From IMG/VR virus record IMGVR_UViG_3300045988_014614, positions 1 to 6,070 of that record: a DNA stretch of 6,070 nucleotides; one strand, 5' to 3'. Position numbers and translations under genes: made by a program. Below are positions 1 through 4,695 of this stretch, one piece after another. The DNA comes from a virus. Within the stretch, counting starts at the first letter, position 1; every line of letters begins with the position of its first letter. The notes under the pieces were generated by a model. The model was not told the origin of the DNA. It saw only the letters and a program-made list of their open reading frames with translations, and made no database searches.

Positions 1-55
1 GGTTTTTTTGGTTTTCGTTGTCTAGATGTCCTTTTCCGAGTTCATAGTCTTTTGC
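1..55. repeat. Terminal direct repeat, left copy (assembly overlap of a circular genome)
   Basis: 1-55 (GGTTTTTTTGGTTTTCGTTGTCTAGATGTCCTTTTCCGAGTTCATAGTCTTTTGC) is identical base for base to 6016-6070. A long minus-strand ORF reads seamlessly through the implied junction. Confidence 0.95.
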
Positions 56-952
56 GATTTTGTCCACCATAGCTGCTGCTTGTTCTTTCGCTGCTTCAGC
101 CGACATTCTCCTTGTTATCATGTCGTAGTAGAAATTCTCTACTTCCTTTTGTATCTTTCTTGCAGTGTTGTAGTTTACATCTACGATTGAGTCTTGCACA
201 GCTCCTTCTTTTTGTAATAATGCTATCTCCGACACTAGTTTTGCTACTCTTTCCTCTTGAGTTTTGTCTAGATATTTTGTGTTTAATGCCTCTTGCTTCC
301 ATAGCTCGATTGCTTTTTTCGCATTGGCTGCTGCCTCTGTTACATTACTTTCTGCGATGTTTTCCTTACTCAGTTGGATTCTATTCTCAATCTCTTGCCA
401 CTTATTGCTCAATTCCTGCCCTTCAGTGTCCACTCCTGCGATTTTATTTGCTTCGGCAATGGTTTTGGTTGCTTCTGCGTTTGCGAGTCGATTTTGAGCC
501 TCTATTTGCTTCAATTGCAGTCCTAGTGATTGTTGTTGCAGTGCTACCTCCACCGGATTGGTTTTTGGTGCGTTTGGTTGAGTCGCTGTTCCTCCGGCCG
601 TGCTTGCCGCTTGTCCTCCTCCGTTTCCGTACATAAGCCCTACACTTAGCCCTGCGTCTTCCATCTCGGCTCTTTGTGCTCCAAAGTTGGTGTCTTTCCA
701 CATTTGCAGATTTCGCTTGTATTCAGCGTCTGCCGCTTGTTGTCCGTAATTATATTGCAGACCCATTCCTTCCTTTTCATACTCCCATGCTTGTTGCATT
801 AGTTTTTGTTGGTTTTTGAATCCGTTATTGTTTCTTTTGAATAGACCCCCTAGTAGTCCTAGACCACCGCTGACTATTGACCCGATTCCTCCGGTTACAG
901 CTCCTGCTAATCCTGAGGTTGCTGCATTTGCTAATGTTGCTCCTAATCCCAT
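1..952 (-). CDS. VP2: DNA pilot / minor capsid protein (VP2, phiX174 H-like), N-terminal 317 codons plus 1 nt; continues across the circular junction into 5891-6015
   Basis: Hand translation of the minus strand from ATG (950-952) runs to position 1 with no stop: MGLGATLANAATSGLAGAVTGGIGSIVSGGLGLLGGLFKRNNNGFKNQQKLMQQAWEYEKEGMGLQYNYGQQAADAEYKRNLQMWKDTNFGAQRAEMEDAGLSVGLMYGNGGG... It is absent from the ORF track because it has no stop inside the window. It has a Gly-rich hydrophobic N-terminus, an MEDAGL motif (647-664) and a long Q/E/K/A-rich helical remainder, which matches my recollection of microvirus pilot proteins. It lies directly upstream of rep. Confidence 0.85.
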   Translation of the reverse strand, partial: MGLGATLANAATSGLAGAVTGGIGSIVSGGLGLLGGLFKRNNNGFKNQQKLMQQAWEYEKEGMGLQYNYGQQAADAEYKRNLQMWKDTNFGAQRAEMEDAGLSVGLMYGNGGGQAASTAGGTATQPNAPKTNPVEVALQQQSLGLQLKQIEAQNRLANAEATKTIAEANKIAGVDTEGQELSNKWQEIENRIQLSKENIAESNVTEAAANAKKAIELWKQEALNTKYLDKTQEERVAKLVSEIALLQKEGAVQDSIVDVNYNTARKIQKEVENFYYDMITRRMSAEAAKEQAAAMVDKIAKDYELGKGHLDNENQKN

Positions 953-1008
953 GATAATAAATTTTTACATTCTTCGCGCTTACTTTGAAGAAGCGTCTAC
1001 CTATATTT

Positions 1009-1036
1009 ACTTGATATAATATGCTATATGCGTACT
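1009..1036 (-). other. dif-like 28-mer (candidate XerC/D-type recombination site); hypothesis only
   Basis: The minus-strand 28-mer AGTACGCATATAGCATATTATATCAAGT aligns without gaps to E. coli dif GGTGCGCATAATGTATATTATGTTAAAT (recalled from memory) at 20 of 28 positions by hand count. It is non-coding, and the arm-like part CGCATATAG is also one arm of a 9-bp inverted repeat. Confidence 0.3.
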
Positions 1037-1096
1037 GTGCTTTTTTGGCTTTAAAAAGCGGACATAAATATTTACATCCGCCCTTTTCGCATATAG
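1024..1096. repeat. 9-bp perfect inverted repeat (CTATATGCG 1024-1032 / CGCATATAG 1088-1096) enclosing the IG1 hairpins
   Basis: Read directly from the sequence. The arms are 55 nt apart and bracket the terminator-like hairpin at 1058-1081. They also bracket an alternative hairpin, GCTTTTT (1039-1045) / AAAAAGC (1053-1059). Confidence 0.7.
1053..1081 (-). terminator. Intrinsic-terminator-like hairpin plus U-run after the VP1 / 112-aa transcription unit
   Basis: The minus-sense sequence is GCGGAUGUAA-AUAU-UUAUGUCCGC (1081 down to 1058) followed by UUUUU (1057-1053). The stem is 10 bp. The two positions that are C.A mismatches on the plus strand become G.U wobbles on the gene-sense strand. It lies 35 nt downstream of the 112-aa ORF stop. 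Confidence 0.6.
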
Positions 1097-1115
1097 TGTT
1101 CGTAGTCGTACCCGA

Positions 1116-1454
1116 CTAGTTGTCTCTAGTTGGATTTAGTTCAGTTACTCCTCCTTCGGTTTGGCCTTCTGCTGTTTTTGGTTTTTCGGCTTCTCCCTTT
1201 TTGAGGTATTCATTCAATTTGTAGTTGTTGACCCTATCCATTGCATCCATAGCTAACGCCCATTTGTCCGTACGTATGTTACAGTCTTCTCTTACTCCTG
1301 CTTGTTTAGGTGTATAGATCATAGGTGCTCCGTCCGTCAATGGTTCGTTTTCATCAAGTATTCTTTGGATCTTTTTGATCAAGGTTTCACCTTCTTCTGT
1401 CATCTCGATCATTCCTTTAAAGTTGTTTATTCTAATTTTTTTAATTGTTTTCAT
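1116..1454 (-). CDS. 112-aa protein of unknown function; positional candidate for an internal scaffolding or assembly protein
   Basis: ATG at 1452-1454 is only 2 nt after the VP1 stop; TAG at 1116-1118. Composition is protein-like, with a charged C-terminal tail. The segment PMIYTPKQAGVREDCNIRTDKWALAMDA looks like a conserved core, but I cannot name a family from memory. The terminator-like hairpin follows. Confidence 0.65.
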   Translation of the reverse strand: MKTIKKIRINNFKGMIEMTEEGETLIKKIQRILDENEPLTDGAPMIYTPKQAGVREDCNIRTDKWALAMDAMDRVNNYKLNEYLKKGEAEKPKTAEGQTEGGVTELNPTRDN

Positions 1455-1456
1455 AA

Positions 1457-3433
1457 TTATAAGAATGGAATTTGTTTAGCACTATAGTTACCTCTTCTCG
1501 TTGCTTGTATTACTGTTTGTACCCAGAAATTCTGGCTATCGATTGATGTGTCTGCAAAGATTTCGATGTATTTTTGTGGATCAATATAAGTTGTTAGATC
1601 TGTTATTTCGCTATTTTCTACTTCATATCGTCTGTTTAATACCATGAAATCTAATGCTTCTCCGGCCGCAAAATCTCCGTATGTACGGTTATAGTTAGTC
1701 ATGTAGTCGATCCAAGCCACCGTTTTATTTGCTGCTTTATGGATCATCGTTGATATACTTCCACTTCCGTTATACGTGGATGTATCTCCAACCATTTGTT
1801 CCTGAATTAAATCTTGATATCCGATTCCATCTAGTGCGGGTTTGTGTAGGTCATCGATTGTCTGTAGATTTAAGTCGAAGTCATTTCCTTGCGAATAGTC
1901 TATCATTGGTGTTATAGCCATCACTCCCATAATATATCCTGGTTCTTCGCACTGATAGTGTACGTGTCCGTTATTCATTGGTTTGCCTCCTCTCCCGATT
2001 GCTGCGATATCTCCTAGCGGCTGACTGCCGTACGTTGTTTCTGTTGCGCTTTTTGATATTACCTCGTCGAATTCGATATATTGCGTCATGCCTCCGATAA
2101 ACACAGGTGTTTCGGGTCTATCGAGATACTTTCCTGCTGTGTATACTGTTTCTAGCCAATCCCTGTATGTGCCTCCGGATACCGCAATTCTGTTCAACAT
2201 GTTGTAGACTTTTTGTTGTAAGTTCAATGCATCCATTGTCAACTTTCCGTCATTGGCTGTAATGTCGATACTTGTTATTTCTGTGATACCGCCTGTTCCA
2301 TCGATCCAATCTGTTTGCACCCAGTTGTTGAAAATGTCGCTGTCGTATGTTTTTAGTAACATTCCCCCTAGTTTATTAGCTTGTGCTGTTATCAGGTCTT
2401 CAAACATCTTTGCCAATTCTGTTGATCCGTTGTTGGCATCGTTTAAGTTTGATCCGTACATAATTAGTGTTTCGTTCCCCTTTTTATGTAGAATTACATC
2501 TCTGATTTGATCAAGCACTTTTAAGTCGTATTGACCTAATTGGGTTTTGATGAATTTAGCCGTTTCTTTTGTCGTGAGAAGTTGTAATATTGTTGCGTAT
2601 GGATTAGCGCTTATGTTATTTAAGGTAATTGTACCGGTTAGTGCATTTGTTGTTAATTGACCTAATGTTTTATAGTATAACCCTCCATCGCTTTCTAATA
2701 TTGTTACTTTTATGCTGTCCCAAAAACGTTGATAATCAATGCCGGTTAAATTTGTTTTGATAGTGGTCGTTTTTGTTATCTGTACACTTTCTTGATTTTT
2801 TCCGATGGTATAATTTCCATCATGTGAACTCTGGTATGTATTTTGAATGTCTAGAGTTACTTCTCCTGCTCCTTTTAACATGTAAAATTTCTTTTCTTGT
2901 GTGTTTGCGAAGAAATTTTTAAAAATGTCAAGGTATAAGAGTAGAGGTATTCCGTTTTTATATACTCCTTCTGTTGAAGCTTTTCCTAATCTTTTGGATT
3001 TGCTCCATCCGAGATATTTGTATAATGCTGATGCTGAGATGTTTGTTGTTGCCGCTGCTGCAGTTCCGTATGTTTTTGCATACATCATTGGTAGTTTGAT
3101 GTCACTCATCTTCATACCGATTCCTGTTCGGTTGTTGTGTAACCAACTGTTGTATAATCGGAAACCTCCGAAAAATAGGAAGTGTTGTAGTTTGAATGAT
3201 CCAAATAGCGGCCCAAGCGTAGGTTGGCTTAGTGTTTTGTTGATTAAGTTTATATCAATGATATCTCCCTTTTGACAGAGTATTTTGCAGAATGGTACAA
3301 GCATTCCTACACCGATTGAACTTCTAAATATTGTTGATATATCGTGAGTAGACATGTCATAGTCTCTCATAGCGACTTTCATTTTATTGTTGTCGCCTAG
3401 TGTATTTTTACCTAAGGTTCTTACAACTGCCAT
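1457..3433 (-). CDS. VP1: Major capsid protein (Microviridae F / VP1 family)
   Basis: This is the longest ORF (658 aa), with ATG at 3431-3433 and TAA at 1457-1459. The N-terminal region STHDISTIFRSSIGVGMLVPFCKILCQKGDIIDINL...GSFKLQHFLFFGGFRLYNSW fits the conserved N-terminal pattern of microvirus capsid proteins (HDLS ... G.L.P ... GD ... FF..R.Y..W). It sits in genome context with VP2 and an HUH Rep. GGAGGA lies 7 nt upstream of the ATG. Confidence 0.9.
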   Translation of the reverse strand: MAVVRTLGKNTLGDNNKMKVAMRDYDMSTHDISTIFRSSIGVGMLVPFCKILCQKGDIIDINLINKTLSQPTLGPLFGSFKLQHFLFFGGFRLYNSWLHNNRTGIGMKMSDIKLPMMYAKTYGTAAAATTNISASALYKYLGWSKSKRLGKASTEGVYKNGIPLLLYLDIFKNFFANTQEKKFYMLKGAGEVTLDIQNTYQSSHDGNYTIGKNQESVQITKTTTIKTNLTGIDYQRFWDSIKVTILESDGGLYYKTLGQLTTNALTGTITLNNISANPYATILQLLTTKETAKFIKTQLGQYDLKVLDQIRDVILHKKGNETLIMYGSNLNDANNGSTELAKMFEDLITAQANKLGGMLLKTYDSDIFNNWVQTDWIDGTGGITEITSIDITANDGKLTMDALNLQQKVYNMLNRIAVSGGTYRDWLETVYTAGKYLDRPETPVFIGGMTQYIEFDEVISKSATETTYGSQPLGDIAAIGRGGKPMNNGHVHYQCEEPGYIMGVMAITPMIDYSQGNDFDLNLQTIDDLHKPALDGIGYQDLIQEQMVGDTSTYNGSGSISTMIHKAANKTVAWIDYMTNYNRTYGDFAAGEALDFMVLNRRYEVENSEITDLTTYIDPQKYIEIFADTSIDSQNFWVQTVIQATRRGNYSAKQIPFL

Positions 3434-3436
3434 AAT

Positions 3437-3670
3437 TTATTCCTCCTCTTTTTTTAATGTTTCTTCTTGTTTTTCTTTCCATTGATCGGCTTCTTTGCAA
3501 GCGTAGAACATTGCTGCTACTAGATTCCAATCTGTTCCATCAATTGCCTTTTGAGCTTCTTCTTCTGATTTAAACACCTGCTCAGTAGCCAAGTGGTTAC
3601 CAATAGTAATAATAACTTCATCTGATTCTGCGTCTTTTTTTCTGATTTTGAATGCTTCTTTTAAGTCCAT
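3437..3670 (-). CDS. 77-aa acidic hypothetical protein
   Basis: ATG at 3668-3670; the TAA stop is 3 nt before the VP1 start, and the ORF begins 5 nt after the upstream ORF stop. Composition is non-repetitive and protein-like (IITIGNHLATEQVFKSEEEAQKAIDGTDWNLVAAMFY). No family recognised. Confidence 0.6.
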   Translation of the reverse strand: MDLKEAFKIRKKDAESDEVIITIGNHLATEQVFKSEEEAQKAIDGTDWNLVAAMFYACKEADQWKEKQEETLKKEEE

Positions 3671-3675
3671 AATTT

Positions 3676-3876
3676 TTAATTTTTTGGGTTAATATTGATT
3701 TGTGTACTGTCAACTGAACTGGTTGTTGTTTGTTCAGTTTTTTGAGTACTGTTACTGTTGTTTTTACTCACGCTTAGTGACATTGTGCAGCTTTGAGCTG
3801 TTAGAACTGCTGCAATACTGATAATCGCAGTGCAAATGATTTTGATAATCTCGTAAATAATCTTTTTTTTATCCAT
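3676..3876 (-). CDS. 66-aa predicted membrane-anchored or lipoprotein-like small protein (candidate lysis or exclusion factor)
   Basis: MDKKK is followed by a hydrophobic stretch IIKIICTAIISIAAVLTA, then QSC (a lipobox-like Cys), then an S/T/N/Q-rich tail. The ATG overlaps the upstream 88-aa ORF stop by 8 nt (ATGGATAA), suggesting translational coupling. Confidence 0.6.
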   Translation of the reverse strand: MDKKKIIYEIIKIICTAIISIAAVLTAQSCTMSLSVSKNNSNSTQKTEQTTTSSVDSTQININPKN

Positions 3877-4135
3877 CTTTGAATAATTTTAATTGTGAGT
3901 GTTCATATTGTTCTTTATATTCTTTTTCTTGGTCATAAATCTTGATACATAATAGCCTCTTTTCTTTTTTGATAAATATATAATGTTTTTGTACTACATC
4001 ATTGATTAGCTCAAATCCTTGTGTTTCTTCATCCGTATGGCTATTATACCATATGTGTGATTTCATTTCTTTAAATGTATTGAACTCTTTTTGCCCAATA
4101 CTATATATTACTCTTTTTTTCCTCTTTTTTATCAT
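3869..4135 (-). CDS. 88-aa basic hypothetical protein
   Basis: ATG at 4133-4135 and TAA at 3869-3871. It overlaps the upstream 70-aa ORF by 35 nt; an alternative in-frame ATG at 4064-4066 would remove the overlap. No family recognised. Confidence 0.5.
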   Translation of the reverse strand: MIKKRKKRVIYSIGQKEFNTFKEMKSHIWYNSHTDEETQGFELINDVVQKHYIFIKKEKRLLCIKIYDQEKEYKEQYEHSQLKLFKDG

Positions 4136-4313
4136 TATTTATCATTATTTTATTGGTTTCTACTACACATATAATTTCGAATGTTCTTGTATCTATTGAT
4201 TCTTGTGCGACTGCTACTGCTGTTTTATACGTCCATTTTGATAGTAGTGGAAATGTTTCTACTATTCCGTTGTCCTTTCTTTTTGTGATGATTGTCCAAT
4301 TTGTTACTGCCAT
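4101..4313 (-). CDS. 70-aa hypothetical protein
   Basis: ATG at 4311-4313 is preceded by AGGAGG (4321-4326) at 7-nt spacing and lies 2 nt after the 78-aa ORF stop. Composition is protein-like (WTIITKRKDNGIVETFPLLSKWTYKTAVAVAQESID). No family recognised. Confidence 0.55.
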   Translation of the reverse strand: MAVTNWTIITKRKDNGIVETFPLLSKWTYKTAVAVAQESIDTRTFEIICVVETNKIMINNDKKEEKKSNI

Positions 4314-4315
4314 GG

Positions 4316-4552
4316 TTATGCCTCCTTTTCTTTTGTTTTGTTATTGTATATGCTATTAATACTTCTTGAACGTACGTAATATATCTCCCATTTTGCGCTT
4401 TTACTCATGTTCATTAATTTGTTATAAATGTTCATGTAAGCTTCGTGGATACCTATATCTCCGACGATTTTTCTGATAATTACTTCTGTTCCTTCTTCGT
4501 CCATTGCGTTTACTTCTACACAAATTTCGTTTTTGATTTTTTCCCAACACAT
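4316..4552 (-). CDS. 78-aa hypothetical protein, first gene after IG2
   Basis: ATG at 4550-4552 is the first ATG-initiated ORF downstream of the non-coding region, on the same strand as all the others. Composition is protein-like. No family recognised. Confidence 0.55.
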   Translation of the reverse strand: MCWEKIKNEICVEVNAMDEEGTEVIIRKIVGDIGIHEAYMNIYNKLMNMSKSAKWEIYYVRSRSINSIYNNKTKEKEA

Positions 4553-4568
4553 AATTTTTTGTTTTTAT

Positions 4569-4582
4569 GTTCCATATGGAAC
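4569..4582. promoter_or_regulatory. Perfect 14-bp palindrome GTTCCATATGGAAC (operator-like) in the AT-rich leader of the small-gene/VP1 operon
   Basis: It is self-complementary over all 14 positions when read from the sequence. Its centre is about 23 nt upstream of the 78-aa ORF start, inside a non-coding stretch. Confidence 0.4.
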
Positions 4583-4695
4583 GGTTAATACTCTTGTTTT
4601 TTTGATACTGCAAAGGTGTATTGTTTTTTTCGATTTTCCAAATTTTCTCCTATTTTTATAACTTTTCTTAACGTTTCCATAGCGCGAGCGACAAA

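Noticed and set aside
18-273. 10-mer TTGTCTAGAT repeated at 18-27 and 264-273.
   Set aside because: Both copies are inside the VP2 coding sequence and encode similar peptides (LDN / LDK). Several such 10-mer coincidences are expected in an AT-rich 6-kb sequence.
96-701. Minus-strand ORFs 96-302 (68 aa) and 444-701 (85 aa, very Arg/Lys-rich), as possible overprinted genes or a J-like DNA-binding protein.
   Set aside because: Both are alternative frames inside the junction-spanning VP2 gene. Their basic composition follows directly from frame-shifting GGA/GCA/GAA-rich codons. Overprinting cannot be excluded without comparative data, but nothing in the sequence supports it.
953-1020. Promoter calls for the VP2-rep block (a TATTAT / TATAAT-like hexamer around 1013-1020) and small competing hairpins near 975-1000.
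   Set aside because: AT-rich sequence yields many -10-like hexamers. I could find no convincing -35 element or Bacteroides-type TTTG / TAnnTTTG pair at proper spacing. The hairpins are only 5-6 bp with large loops.
1108-1115. The 8-mer TCGGGTAC is shared in inverted orientation between IG1 (1108-1115) and the IG2 island (4770-4777), suggesting long-range pairing or a common protein site.
   Set aside because: A single 8-mer match across both strands of a 6-kb genome is roughly what chance allows, and the identity does not extend.
4422-4613. 63-aa extremely basic minus-strand ORF (possible J-like packaging protein) overlapping the 78-aa ORF.
   Set aside because: It initiates at TTG (4611-4613) rather than ATG and has no upstream ribosome-binding signal. 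It overlaps a more protein-like ORF out of frame, and its K/R/N-rich sequence is what A-rich DNA yields in an alternative frame. It is worth a dN/dS check only.
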